Position numbers and translations under genes: made by a program
Shown: piece by piece, positions 52,924-63,399 of the stretch
Layout: each line of letters starts with the position of its first letter
How positions within the stretch are numbered: the first letter of the stretch is position 1
Assembly: GCA_964631685.1 (NCBI GenBank)
Contig: CAZVZU010000002.1
Span: 197,216 to 261,215 of the forward strand
Source: an uncultured Actinomycetes bacterium
GTDB taxonomy: Bacteria > SZUA-79 > Acidulodesulfobacterales > Acidulodesulfobacteraceae
Reading direction: 5' to 3'
Length of the DNA: 64,000 bases
Notes under the pieces: generated by a model
The model's database searches: none
Seen by the model: only the letters and a program-made list of their open reading frames with translations
Told to the model about the DNA's origin: nothing

Positions 52924-53829
52924 TTATTGTTTTATTATCTGAATCAGTCTTTCAAGATCATCGGAGGAATAAAATGGAATCTCAATCTTTCCCTTTAATT
53001 CATTGCTTACGTTCTTGTAATCTATTTTAACCTTGGCCTGGAGCCTTTCAAAAAGGGCATCTTCATAGCTTTTAACCTGAGAAAATATAGGAAAATTTCT
53101 TTCCGATTTATGTTGCCGCTTATGTAATTTAATACCCTTGGCAGCGCGCTCTGTCTCCCTAACATTTAATTTTTCGTTAGAAATTTTATTCAGAAGCATG
53201 CTTGCCTCGTCGTCCGAAAGGCCTATCATGTTTCTTGCATGTGAAGGGGTAATTTTCCCATAGATAATATCATGTTTAATGCCATCCGGTAACGAAAGGA
53301 GCCTAATCATGTTTGTTATTGTAGCTCTATCCTTACCTATTTTGACCGCTAACTTCTCGTGGGTGAGGTTATGTTCTTCGATTAGCCTTACATAGCAGCT
53401 TGCTTCTTCAATGACATTTAAGTCTTGCCGCTGTATATTTTCGATAAGCGCAATTTCAAGGGCTAATGCGCCGGAAATGTCTTTGATTATTGCAGGGATA
53501 GTCTTTAATTGTAGCGCTCTAGCCGCCCTATATCTTCTTTCACCCGCAATTAAATCGTAAACATCGGCATCCTTAGACTTTGCAACTATCAGAGGCTGAA
53601 TAATTCCATTTTCCTCTATCGAGTCCTTCAGCTCTCCGAGCTTATCCTCATCAAAATATTGCCTCGGTTGATAAACTCCGGTATTTATTTTATCAATGTC
53701 AATTTCAAAGATAGAAAGCTTTCCATTAGAATCTCCGTTTACGCCATTAGAAACAGAATTGTCCTCTAAAAGCGCACCCAATCCCCTACCTAATACAACC
53801 CTTTTTGATAATTTCCTCTTTTCCTTCAT
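52924..53829 (-). CDS. parB: Chromosome partitioning protein ParB
   Basis: LGRGLGALL, QPR, GIIQP, AGERRYRA, ENIQRQDL, HTH. Confidence 0.97.
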   Translation of the reverse strand: MKEKRKLSKRVVLGRGLGALLEDNSVSNGVNGDSNGKLSIFEIDIDKINTGVYQPRQYFDEDKLGELKDSIEENGIIQPLIVAKSKDADVYDLIAGERRYRAARALQLKTIPAIIKDISGALALEIALIENIQRQDLNVIEEASCYVRLIEEHNLTHEKLAVKIGKDRATITNMIRLLSLPDGIKHDIIYGKITPSHARNMIGLSDDEASMLLNKISNEKLNVRETERAAKGIKLHKRQHKSERNFPIFSQVKSYEDALFERLQAKVKIDYKNVSNELKGKIEIPFYSSDDLERLIQIIKQ

Positions 53830-53869
53830 AAAATAGTGAATAATTTAATTTTAATATTATATTTAATTT

Positions 53870-54637
53870 TCATGCTACCTTAGACAAGAATTCCTTGGTT
53901 AATTCAATATAGTAAATCGCGCCCTTTGAATGTATATCGTACAAAATTATAGGTTTTCCAAAACTTGAACTTTCAGGAAGTTTAATATTTCTCGGTATAA
54001 CGCTCTTGTAAATTTTTTGTCCAAAATATTTTTTAACCTCACTAACCACCTGATTCGTTAAATTTGCCCTTCCGTCAAACATCGTAAACAAAACCCCTTC
54101 GATATGCAGGTCCTTGTTAAGTCGCTGATTAACAAGCCCAACTGTACGCATCAATCTTGATATTCCTTCCAGAGAATAATACTCGCACTGCATGGGAATT
54201 AAAACGCTATTAGATGCAGTTAATGAATTGATAGTTAATAGTCCTAGGGAAGGAGGAGTGTCTATAAAAATATAGTCATAATTATCACCTATTTTATCAA
54301 TAATATTCCTTTTGAGAAAATACTCCCTTTCATCCATGTTGACTAACTCTACCTCTATGCCTGCAAGATCAGAGGTAGACGGAATTACGTCAAAATTCTT
54401 CATCTCCGTTGGATACACGGCATTTAAAACTGTTGATTCACCCGTCAAACACTCATAAATGGTCGGACGAGACTTATCAACTGCAATATTTAAACCGCTC
54501 GTAGCATTAGCCTGAGGGTCGGCGTCAATTAGTAGAATCTTCTTCTCATACGCTGTAAGACATGCGGCAATATTTACCGCAGTGGTTGTCTTCCCTACGC
54601 CGCCCTTTTGATTAGAAACGCAGATTACCTTTGCCAT
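53870..54637 (-). CDS. parA: ParA/Soj ATPase
   Basis: NQKGGVGKTT, DADPQAN, DTPPSLG, QCEYYSLEG. Confidence 0.97.
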   Translation of the reverse strand: MAKVICVSNQKGGVGKTTTAVNIAACLTAYEKKILLIDADPQANATSGLNIAVDKSRPTIYECLTGESTVLNAVYPTEMKNFDVIPSTSDLAGIEVELVNMDEREYFLKRNIIDKIGDNYDYIFIDTPPSLGLLTINSLTASNSVLIPMQCEYYSLEGISRLMRTVGLVNQRLNKDLHIEGVLFTMFDGRANLTNQVVSEVKKYFGQKIYKSVIPRNIKLPESSSFGKPIILYDIHSKGAIYYIELTKEFLSKVA

Positions 54638-54745
54638 AATTGTTTAATCTATACCAATAATCACATTAATAAAAATTTTAAATTCAACGACCTTTTAATT
54701 TATAGACCAAAACTCCGTTAATGTAAAGATAATTTCTTTTATTAA

Positions 54746-54761
54746 TGTTTCACATGAAACA
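54746..54761. other. parS centromere site
   Basis: TGTTTCACATGAAACA, 15/16 to TGTTTCACGTGAAACA, flanked by TTAA on both sides, upstream of parA. Confidence 0.9.
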
Positions 54762-54876
54762 TTAACTTATTTTTTAACGAAATTGCTACCTAAAGGGTCT
54801 ACTAAAAAAACAGATAAAAATATATCATACCTACAATAAATAAGCAAAAACAAAATTTAAAATATTAAATTCAAAC

Positions 54877-55752
54877 TTACGAAGCATAAGAATGAAGGCC
54901 AGGTAAAAGTATGTCAACGCCAAGATAGGCAAAAACAAGGACAATAAAGCCGATTACGGCTATCCATGCCATTCTTTTTTCAGACCAGCCTTGTGTAATT
55001 TTTGCGTGCAGAAAAAGCGCGTAAACAAACCATGTTATTAACGCCCAAGTTTCTTTGGGGTCCCAGCTCCAATAACCTCCCCACGCATTGTCTGCCCATA
55101 CCGCACCTATAACATTTCCTATGGTGTCAAGAAGAAACCCGAAAATAATAACCTTATAAATGGTTTCATCTAAAATACTACTTGAAGGAATAAGCCTTAA
55201 GAAACGATTTTTGCTTTGCATATGATTCTTCTCATTATTAAATTTTATCAAAAAAAGTATACCCAATCCGCAGGAAGCGGCAAAAGCGCCATAAGCAAGA
55301 AAAAGTGCAATTATATGATAGAGTATCCATGGACTCTTTAAGGCCGGAAGCCCGGGCTCTATTATGCTTGATGCAAGCGGTGAAAAAGTGGCAAACATAA
55401 GAATAACGCCAACAATAAATGTTATAAGTACACCAAGTGCGTCAAAGTCGTAAAAAACTCTCAACAAGATAAATCCTGCAATAATGACATATGAAAAAAA
55501 TACCAAGGAGTCATAGAGATCAACTAAAGGAGGCATATCAATACCAATTTTGTAAGAGTATAGCCATCTTACAGCAAAGGCAAAAGTTTGAAGAGAAATG
55601 GTCAATATTAATACGGCTAAAGATATTTTTGCCAATGTCTTTTTGCCGGTGAATATATATATCAGGTAGCCTATAAAAGACAAAACAGTTAAAAAAAATG
55701 AAACGGCAAAATACAATGAACCGTCTAAACTTGAAATATTTGCATGGAACAT
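54877..55752 (-). CDS. System II cytochrome c synthase subunit (CcsA/ResC type)
   Basis: WWD motif WADNAWGGYWSWDPKETW; C-terminal GLHSY. Confidence 0.95.
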   Translation of the reverse strand: MFHANISSLDGSLYFAVSFFLTVLSFIGYLIYIFTGKKTLAKISLAVLILTISLQTFAFAVRWLYSYKIGIDMPPLVDLYDSLVFFSYVIIAGFILLRVFYDFDALGVLITFIVGVILMFATFSPLASSIIEPGLPALKSPWILYHIIALFLAYGAFAASCGLGILFLIKFNNEKNHMQSKNRFLRLIPSSSILDETIYKVIIFGFLLDTIGNVIGAVWADNAWGGYWSWDPKETWALITWFVYALFLHAKITQGWSEKRMAWIAVIGFIVLVFAYLGVDILLPGLHSYAS

Positions 55753-55771
55753 TTGTAGTCTCCTTATGAAC

Positions 55772-57187
55772 TTAAATATGATTTTTAAACTTAATTATTG
55801 TTTTCTCAATTTTGTCGAAATATGAAACCAACCTTTTATGGGAGCCTGTCAAGATATCTACCCTGCTTCCTTCCCCATCTTCAGAAAGATAAATTTTCAC
55901 CCGCACAGTTTTATGATTAAAGTAAAAAGAAAAGAATAATGCAATAATCATTATTATGGATCCGAGCCAAATTACCCATGTATAGGCATTTTTGGCTACC
56001 TCCAAGCCGCTATAATAATATATTTTCACGCCCGTGAACATGAAGGCAAGCCTTTTCTTGTACATCGCAAATACTAATGGAAATTTTTGCGATTTGCCCG
56101 TATCTATATGCTCAAAAAAATTAATATTCTTTAAATATTTTTTATTTTTGTATAAAGATATATAAAAGGGGATTTCGTTTACGCTTGGATTTTTTAGCTG
56201 ATTGAATTCAAATTTCAATCCTTTTATTCCGGTATTGTACAATGTTTTGGGTTCAGCAAATAGCACGCGCTTTTTATAGTGATTGCCGTTTAAATTTATT
56301 AAAAGTAATCTTGCAGCGGTTGGCAAATAGTGTCCGTAACTCACCTGATAAATGGTGAAAGCACCATATTTAAGGGGGTGATTTACGCGTATAGATTTAG
56401 TCAAGATAATTTTATGCTTTTTTATTATACTTAATTTACTAATATAAGCCTTGGGCATTCCATCCTTATAGAACTTTGTCGTATATCTATTAAGCATAAT
56501 TTTAAACGGCAATTTAACCGGCGTTCCATTTCTGTTTTTGTCGCTAGGCAGATATGAATAACCGGCGGATAATCCTTCATTGATATCTACATATGATCTA
56601 AAGCCGTAAATAGTATTCAAAATTACACCGGCTACGATGACTATTATGCCTAAGTGGACTACATATGGCGACAGTCTGAATATTCCATTTTTGGAAAAGT
56701 ACAACTCAGACTGATTGCCATCATATTTTTCTTTGGGCTTACCGAATTTTCTTGAAAATATATTTTTTAGTATACGCAATACTTCGTCTTTACTTTTTGA
56801 GGAATTAAAATTATAGTACCTAGACCTCTTATTAGATTTATTTTCATTATCATAATTTGAGGAAATATCAGGGAATGACGGATTGGGTTTGAAGACAATC
56901 TTTAATGTCCTAGGCAGCCTAATCACGGAACACACAATCAAATTAACAACAAGCAAGCCGCCCAAGGTTATAAAATACCATGAATGATAAATATCAAATA
57001 AACCTAATCCATAAAATATTTTAAAAATCGGGCCGTACACTGTCTTATATTCCACCAAAGGTTCGCCCTGCTCTATTATTGTACCGATTATTGATACTAC
57101 CGAAATCAGTATGAATAAAACCATAGCTAACTTTAGGGAGGAAAAAAAATTTTTCAATTTTAATAAAATAATCATTGCAAATTTCAT
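55772..57187 (-). CDS. resB: ResB/CcsB cytochrome c biogenesis protein
   Basis: SLKLA, IIGTIIEQ, LFDIYHSWYF, VHLG, VNHPL.Y....YQ.SY. Confidence 0.92.
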   Translation of the reverse strand: MKFAMIILLKLKNFFSSLKLAMVLFILISVVSIIGTIIEQGEPLVEYKTVYGPIFKIFYGLGLFDIYHSWYFITLGGLLVVNLIVCSVIRLPRTLKIVFKPNPSFPDISSNYDNENKSNKRSRYYNFNSSKSKDEVLRILKNIFSRKFGKPKEKYDGNQSELYFSKNGIFRLSPYVVHLGIIVIVAGVILNTIYGFRSYVDINEGLSAGYSYLPSDKNRNGTPVKLPFKIMLNRYTTKFYKDGMPKAYISKLSIIKKHKIILTKSIRVNHPLKYGAFTIYQVSYGHYLPTAARLLLINLNGNHYKKRVLFAEPKTLYNTGIKGLKFEFNQLKNPSVNEIPFYISLYKNKKYLKNINFFEHIDTGKSQKFPLVFAMYKKRLAFMFTGVKIYYYSGLEVAKNAYTWVIWLGSIIMIIALFFSFYFNHKTVRVKIYLSEDGEGSRVDILTGSHKRLVSYFDKIEKTIIKFKNHI

Positions 57188-57209
57188 ATCTCACCTCTAT
57201 AGAACATTT

Positions 57210-57767
57210 TTATTTATTAATTTCATTAAACACATGACTTAGAAAACCCGGCGGCAGTTCTCCTGTGAAATGCGTAACAATAACCCCTTCTCTATTTATT
57301 ATAAAAGATTGCGGTATCTCGTAAATATTGCCGTATGCCTTAGATATCTCGGGATCAGCCATTCCTATAGGATACGTAACGATACCGTTTTTGAAAGTCT
57401 TTATAAAATCTAATACAGCGGCCGGCCCGCTATTGTTGACGGAAAGACCGAATATTATGAAGCCGTCTTTTTTATGGTATTTATAAAATTTCTCCAACCT
57501 AGGCATTTCGTCCCTACATGGCGGACACCAAGTAGCCCAAAAATTAATAAGGATAATCTTGCCCCTAAATTTTTTCAATGATAAAGTTATTTCGGGATAG
57601 TTAATGCTTTTAACAGAAAATTGAGGTGCGATGGCACCATTGCCTAATTTATTTGGCTCAGTTTTCTTTTTTATTGAGCCGGACAATTTAACTACTAAAA
57701 CAGCTACAACGATAATTACGATGGCAAAAAATATTTTTTTGTATAATCGCTTGGTATTTTTATTCAT
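57210..57767 (-). CDS. ResA/TlpA thiol-disulfide oxidoreductase
   Basis: TM anchor, NFWATWCPPC; start moved to ATG 57767 after AAGGGGG. Confidence 0.9.
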   Translation of the reverse strand: MNKNTKRLYKKIFFAIVIIVVAVLVVKLSGSIKKKTEPNKLGNGAIAPQFSVKSINYPEITLSLKKFRGKIILINFWATWCPPCRDEMPRLEKFYKYHKKDGFIIFGLSVNNSGPAAVLDFIKTFKNGIVTYPIGMADPEISKAYGNIYEIPQSFIINREGVIVTHFTGELPPGFLSHVFNEINK

Positions 57768-57929
57768 TATTACCCCCTTCGTATTTTTTATTACTAAGTA
57801 AACCGTAGCGACATTAGACGATAATTTATTAAAATGCATCGTGGAAATAATACATGCTCCTTATAAGCCAAAGACAAGTATTATCGAGACAATACAATAT
57901 GAATCAAATTTTTCGCTTCTATCGTGTAA

Positions 57930-58328
57930 TTATACGGAAAGAGATCTGGGGGGATGATTCACGGGAAATACCAATAATTTTTGAATAAAAACAAACAGCA
58001 GGAGAATAATTACAAAAACCATGTTTATTCTCCAGATTGGATTAAATATTTTTGCGAGTATATTTTGACACTCCATACCGCATGCAAATTGAATTTTATG
58101 AAAGCGTTGTCCGCTCAAGCTAAATAAGCCGTAAAATGAAGAATTTTTGGAGATTGATCTGCCTTGCTGAACAGTTACTATCTTTTTAGAATGATAAGAT
58201 CCATTAGAAAATCCCCCGACCGGGAATGCATGCCGAGCATAAGCAGAACTACCCGCACACAGCAAGTAAGAAGCCATGCCGAGAAAAAACAAAACATGTA
58301 AGTATTTTTTTAAAAACAAACTAGCCAA
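57930..58328 (-). CDS. Hypothetical membrane protein ending in HPPR
   Basis: Signal-like N-terminus, CGMEC, a second hydrophobic helix, then FPVNHPPRSLSV; start uncertain. Confidence 0.55.
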   Translation of the reverse strand: MASLFLKKYLHVLFFLGMASYLLCAGSSAYARHAFPVGGFSNGSYHSKKIVTVQQGRSISKNSSFYGLFSLSGQRFHKIQFACGMECQNILAKIFNPIWRINMVFVIILLLFVFIQKLLVFPVNHPPRSLSV

Positions 58329-58501
58329 TCCCCTTCTTCATCTCAAAAAACTTTTTAATCTTATCCTGATAGTACAATAAAATCACATTAGTGTCAATCC
58401 ATGTAAGTATGCTGTTAGGTATTGATGCCAGCTTGACTTTAAGAAAAATAGGATTAAAATGGACTATCGTCTTTAAACTAAAAAAATTATTGGATAAAAT
58501 T

Positions 58502-59230
58502 ATGGCCGGCACGATTTCAGGGAAAAAATTCACCAATATAATCTATGATTATTTAGCAAATTATGAAATTATATCCCTTGAGAACAAAATCGAAATAGAG
58601 AAATTTCATGTATTTTATGAATATCTTATAGAATGGAATAAAAAGATAAATCTCACAACTGTCACATGCGCAGACGAGTTTATTAAAAAACATGTTATAG
58701 ACAGCGCCTTTCTATTGAAAATTTTAAGCAATAGCGAGGGGGATGAGCCGAACAAAACCAAATTCATTATGGATATCGGTTCCGGCGCAGGGCTTCCAGG
58801 TATCGTGATAAGCATATTAAACCCTGAAGTACATATCCTTTCGGTTGAATCAATACTTAAAAAATGTAATTTTCAAAAAGCAGCGGCAAGAAAACTGAAT
58901 CTTAGAAATTTCCAGTGCCTAAATGCGAATATATATTCGCATAAAAATTTCTCAAATATTCAAGCGATAACAACCAGGGCAGCATTTAATACTAACGGGC
59001 TTATTAATTTAATAGAGAAATTAGAGATAAAAAATACCACCGATATGTATCTATTTTTATCAAAAATGGATGAGGCAAAAAAAATTGAAAACTTCAAGTA
59101 TAAATCTAAACAGATTAGGATAGATAAAATACTATTTTATAAAACGAATTACGATTCAAACAAAACCAACGAACCCAGGCTCATCGCAAAATTTACGATC
59201 AACCCGTTTAGGCAAAATAACCTGACATAG
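58502..59230 (+). CDS. rsmG: 16S rRNA m7G527 methyltransferase
   Basis: EWNKKINLT, KHVIDS, DIGSGAGLPG, ES..KK..F, TRA; start moved to ATG 58502, downstream of TTGACT-N16-TAAAAT. Confidence 0.9.
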   Translation: MAGTISGKKFTNIIYDYLANYEIISLENKIEIEKFHVFYEYLIEWNKKINLTTVTCADEFIKKHVIDSAFLLKILSNSEGDEPNKTKFIMDIGSGAGLPGIVISILNPEVHILSVESILKKCNFQKAAARKLNLRNFQCLNANIYSHKNFSNIQAITTRAAFNTNGLINLIEKLEIKNTTDMYLFLSKMDEAKKIENFKYKSKQIRIDKILFYKTNYDSNKTNEPRLIAKFTINPFRQNNLT

Positions 59231-59237
59231 CCCATTT

Positions 59238-59432
59238 CTAAAGCTTAACTCTTTTATCTCCCTCGTACGCATAAACAGCGCTGTCTGCTTCATCTCTGGT
59301 ATGGTCATGCGAACCGTCGCAATACGGAAATTTACTAGAAAGACCGCAAGCGCAAATATACATCGGAAATTTTGCGTCCTTCTCTTCAATTATGATAGGC
59401 AATTTCTTTTCATGCTTTGTTATTCTCGGCAT
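59238..59432 (-). CDS. CDGSH iron-sulfur domain protein
   Basis: CACGLSSKFPYCDGSH. Confidence 0.92.
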   Translation of the reverse strand: MPRITKHEKKLPIIIEEKDAKFPMYICACGLSSKFPYCDGSHDHTRDEADSAVYAYEGDKRVKL

Positions 59433-59479
59433 AATGAACCCCTATATATATATTTTAAATTAATTTACTGCTAATCGCC

Positions 59480-59508
59480 ATTATAAATAACCGGTTAAAG
59501 ATTGTCAA
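59480..59508 (-). promoter_or_regulatory. Consensus sigma70 promoter for the CDGSH gene
   Basis: TTGACA-N17-TATAAT with palindrome TAACCGGTTA in the spacer. Confidence 0.8.
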
Positions 59509-59684
59509 GCAATAGCCTACCCTACAGGCATATTCAATTTAATAATAAACTATGATATAATTACTTCGTTTTTAAATAAATTGAAATGGTTGCCAATAAA
59601 ATTACATATAAATAAGTCATATATATTTTTGACTTTAATTTATCAATGTTGTAGAAGCATAAACTTAATGAGGAATTTTTGATT

Positions 59685-60653
59685 ATGATAGTAGTTACCG
59701 GCGGAGCCGGATTTATAGGCTCTAACATCGTAAATGCTCTGAACAAAAAGGGTGAAACCAATATTTTAGTTGTAGATAATCTTACCGGCGGCAGAAAGAT
59801 GCACAACATAGCCGATCTCGATATACTAGATTATATGGACAAGGATGATTTTCTATCAAATATTGAATCCGGGTACAATTTTGGCAACATTAGTGCTATT
59901 TTCCATGAAGGTGCATGTTCCTCTACGACGGAATGGGACGGACGGTTTATAATGAGAAACAACTTCGAATATTCAAAAACATTATTAAAATGGTGCCAGA
60001 AAATAGGAGCTCAATATATATATGCATCATCTGCTTCCGTGTATGGGCATGGGAAAAAAGGATTCACAGAAACAAGATCTTGCGAGTACCCGCTTAACAT
60101 GTATGCGTACTCCAAATTCCAATTCGACCAATATGTTAGGCATATTGCAAAAAAAGCAAAATATCAGATCGTTGGTTTTAGATACTTTAATGTATACGGG
60201 CCTAGAGAAACGCATAAGAAGGAAATGTCCAGTATAGCGTTTCACTTTAATAACCAAATACTTAAGGATAAAAAAGCAAGACTTTTCGAGGGAACAGATG
60301 GTTATAAAAATGGTGAGCAAAAACGAGATTTTGTCTATGTCAGAGATTGTGCCGATGTTAATTTATGGTTTTTGAAACACCCAAACAAATCTGGCATATT
60401 CAATATAGGAACGGGCAAGGCAAGGTCGTTTAACGATGCGGCAAATGCCGTAATAAAATGGCATGGGGCCGGTGAGATAGAATATGTCCCCTTTCCTGAT
60501 AACCTTCAGGGTGCATATCAAAGTTTTACCGAAGCAGACACAACCGCATTACTTAATGCAGGATACGATAACCCCTTTCTTTCAATTGAAGAAGGTATTG
60601 AAAAATATTTAAGCTGGCTTAATAGTGGCGATAAAAACCGATTATCATATTAA
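59685..60653 (+). CDS. hldD: ADP-L-glycero-D-manno-heptose 6-epimerase
   Basis: [48 protein letters not shown] 59679 is an alternative start. Confidence 0.96.
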   Translation: MIVVTGGAGFIGSNIVNALNKKGETNILVVDNLTGGRKMHNIADLDILDYMDKDDFLSNIESGYNFGNISAIFHEGACSSTTEWDGRFIMRNNFEYSKTLLKWCQKIGAQYIYASSASVYGHGKKGFTETRSCEYPLNMYAYSKFQFDQYVRHIAKKAKYQIVGFRYFNVYGPRETHKKEMSSIAFHFNNQILKDKKARLFEGTDGYKNGEQKRDFVYVRDCADVNLWFLKHPNKSGIFNIGTGKARSFNDAANAVIKWHGAGEIEYVPFPDNLQGAYQSFTEADTTALLNAGYDNPFLSIEEGIEKYLSWLNSGDKNRLSY

Positions 60654-60675
60654 ATTAACTAAGGGAGGGTTCATT

Positions 60676-60900
60676 ATGGCACCCGGCATGTTTGTATTTC
60701 TGTTTATGTTTTTATTTTGGATTGCCTCACTAATACTCTGGATTGGTGCATTTATTGACATACTTAGAAGTGATTTTAGAGGGGGATCGGATAAGATAGT
60801 GTGGCTCTTAGTAGTGGTTTTTTTACCCCTTTTCGGGGCAATATTGTACTTTGCAATAGGAAGAAAGCAGAGGGTTGATAACCGGGTTTCAGAAGGTTAG
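60676..60900 (+). CDS. Small membrane protein, PLDc_N-like
   Basis: WIGAFIDIL...K.VWLLVVVFLPLFGAILY..GR; SD AAGGGAGG before ATG 60676. Confidence 0.85.
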   Translation: MAPGMFVFLFMFLFWIASLILWIGAFIDILRSDFRGGSDKIVWLLVVVFLPLFGAILYFAIGRKQRVDNRVSEG

Positions 60901-61758
60901 CTAATGCGAGCATTTCCTTACCATACTCTTTAAGATATCAATATCTGCTTTATGTTCTTTATCACCCCCAGGAGTTTCAATAATTAACGGTATACGTATA
61001 AGCCTTTTGTCATTTACGATAAATCCGAAGGTATCCTGTCCAATATAGCCCTTTCCTATCAATGCATGCCTGTCTACACTGGAACCTAAAGGCTTTATGG
61101 AATCATTGATATGAAGCGCGCGCAACCTATCGAGTCCGACGATCTTATCAAAATCATCCATATATTTGTTGTATTTCGGTAATGTCCTTATATCATAACC
61201 CGCAGCAAAAATGTGACAAGTATCAATGCAGACACCTACCCTTTTATTATCACCAAGCAGTTTGATAATCCGCGCAATATGCTCCGATTTATATCCTATT
61301 TGGCTACCCTGCCCCGCAGTAGTCTCAATAACCAAACAAACATCTTCAAACTTCTCCGTTTGCCTTATAATGTCACTTAAATTTAAAGCTATTTGCCTTA
61401 TCGTCTCGTCCGGGGTTAAAGATTTATTCGAACCAGGATGAAATATTAACGATTTTATACCGAGTAGCCCGCATCGTTTAATCTCATTTATAACAGCGTT
61501 TACAGATTTTTCTCTTATCGTTTCGTCTGTGCTTCCAAGGTTGACTAAATATGAAAGATGAGCAACGACCATTATATTTTCTCTTACCATGCACTCTTTA
61601 AAGAAATGGATATCATTAAGATTAAGCGGTTTTGCCGACCACTGCACCTGATTTTTTGTAAATATCTGGATAACATTAGACCCGGTATTTTTTGCGTGCA
61701 AACAAGCATTCACCAACCCTCCGGCAATGGAAACATGCGCGCCCAATAAAATATTCAT
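60901..61758 (-). CDS. nfo: Endonuclease IV
   Basis: GAHVSIAGG, QIFTKN, H.SYLVNL, FHPG, ETTAGQG, DTCH, HINDS, DRH, ETP. Confidence 0.97.
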   Translation of the reverse strand: MNILLGAHVSIAGGLVNACLHAKNTGSNVIQIFTKNQVQWSAKPLNLNDIHFFKECMVRENIMVVAHLSYLVNLGSTDETIREKSVNAVINEIKRCGLLGIKSLIFHPGSNKSLTPDETIRQIALNLSDIIRQTEKFEDVCLVIETTAGQGSQIGYKSEHIARIIKLLGDNKRVGVCIDTCHIFAAGYDIRTLPKYNKYMDDFDKIVGLDRLRALHINDSIKPLGSSVDRHALIGKGYIGQDTFGFIVNDKRLIRIPLIIETPGGDKEHKADIDILKSMVRKCSH

Positions 61759-61952
61759 AGATAACCTAATTGATTAAGACGTAAAATTTACTTATCATCC
61801 TTAATATTCGAGAAATTGTACCACAAATAAGCAATAAGATAAATTTAATTTTAACAAACATTCGGTAAATAACTTGAAACAATTGCGATATCAGCGATAA
61901 TGATTTATAATGAAACACATAACGTGGCTACATAAAATAAGGAGGTAATTAC

Positions 61953-62420
61953 ATGAAGGGAAATGAAGAAATTATTAAAAGACTTAATCTAAGATTGGCT
62001 GATGAGCTGACCGCAATCAATCAATATATGGTCCATGCCGAGATGTGCGATAATTGGGGCTATAACGATCTCCATAAAGAAATTGAAAAACGCGCAATAG
62101 ATGAAATGAAGCATGCCGAAAAATTAATCAGCAGAATACTGTTTCTTGAAGGCATACCTGTCGTATCGAATTACAATAAAATGCATATCGGTGCCACAAT
62201 TGAGCTGATGCACAAAAATGACGGCAAGTCTGAAGAAGGTGCAGTTCAATCTTATAACGAAGATATCCAGTTTGCCGCCGAAATTAAAGACAATGGAACA
62301 AAAGATTTATTGCAATCAATATTAAAAGATGAAGAGGCGCACTTGGATAAGCTTGACGAATATCTGGAGCACATAGAACAAATGGGGCTTCAAGTCTATC
62401 TCTCCACATGCATGAAATGA
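61953..62420 (+). CDS. bfr: Bacterioferritin
   Basis: MKG, ELTAINQY..H, DEMKHA, RILFLEG, EEAH; heme-ligand Met present. Confidence 0.96.
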   Translation: MKGNEEIIKRLNLRLADELTAINQYMVHAEMCDNWGYNDLHKEIEKRAIDEMKHAEKLISRILFLEGIPVVSNYNKMHIGATIELMHKNDGKSEEGAVQSYNEDIQFAAEIKDNGTKDLLQSILKDEEAHLDKLDEYLEHIEQMGLQVYLSTCMK

Positions 62421-62436
62421 AAAAGATTTAATTGTA

Positions 62437-62486
62437 TTCAAAAGAAAAAGGATATTGCATTTATGCAATATCCTTTTTCTTTTGAA
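62437..62486. terminator. Bidirectional terminator
   Basis: Perfect 24-bp inverted repeat TTCAAAAGAAAAAGGATATTGCAT-TT-ATGCAATATCCTTTTTCTTTTGAA between convergent genes. Confidence 0.88.
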
Positions 62487-62559
62487 ATGTCTAATTACGA
62501 AGCAGGCCGTCAATGCGTGGTTCTTTATTAATCAAAAAATTTCCAGGTGCTTATATAGC

Positions 62560-63180
62560 CTAAATTATATTACAAGTATCCATCTCAATGTCTTCAGGAT
62601 TTAGCATTGCATTAATTAGAGATATCTTTTGGAAATGTTGCAGGTCTCCGATCAAAATCTTTTTTTCTTCTATATCGCCACGATCTAAAAGATAACGCCT
62701 CTTTACGCCATTCATGAGATAAGTATTCGGCGTAACCCATTTCTTTCCATCAAGTAAAATTATATTAGAAAATGAAGTGTCGGTTATAAAGCCGTTTCTT
62801 GTTATAAGGATATCGGTTGCATCGCTTAGTCCTTTCAAGAAAAATTTTATACAAATTCTATCTTTATATTTAAATTCATAATGTAATGGTTTGCATTCCG
62901 GGGGAAGATAGGCATTATCAGAATCTACAACTTTTAATCTCGTTATTACCCTCTTGACATAAGGGATAATTTTAATATTTTCAATATATTTGGAATAGAC
63001 CAACCTACACTTGTAAATTCCGGTTTTATATTTATCTGCCACAGGCATAAGAGCCTTAATGTCCAACCCAAGCCCATCGCCGAAGAAATGTCTTATTGTA
63101 TTATTAATCCTGCGATTATGATAGCTTAGGAGTTTATAATTTCCATCTGCTAATTTAATAGTGTCTATGAAATGCGTCAT
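62560..63180 (-). CDS. Aminotransferase class IV family (aminodeoxychorismate lyase-like)
   Basis: FIDTIK, YH..R, KCRLVY, K..DR, ITDTSFSN, TP...L.G..R, LINAM. Confidence 0.8.
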   Translation of the reverse strand: MTHFIDTIKLADGNYKLLSYHNRRINNTIRHFFGDGLGLDIKALMPVADKYKTGIYKCRLVYSKYIENIKIIPYVKRVITRLKVVDSDNAYLPPECKPLHYEFKYKDRICIKFFLKGLSDATDILITRNGFITDTSFSNIILLDGKKWVTPNTYLMNGVKRRYLLDRGDIEEKKILIGDLQHFQKISLINAMLNPEDIEMDTCNII

Positions 63181-63399
63181 AAGAATATATTTTTTGTCTC
63201 ATTAAACTTTTTTATTTTGCCAATGACAGATTAATTCGACTTTTTATCAGATTGCATCATACTATGATAAAATATGATAAAAATCAAATGTTTCCAGATA
63301 AATTCAAAAATGTTTACATAACCCTTTTTATATGGTAGGATCTCCGAAGATGATGTGACTGCCGTAAATGAGAAAATGCATGGAATTTAAGGACAATAT

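Noticed and set aside
61874..61915. Fur box upstream of bfr (GATAATGATTTATAAT)
   Set aside because: Only half matches, in AT-rich DNA, and it coincides with a likely -10.
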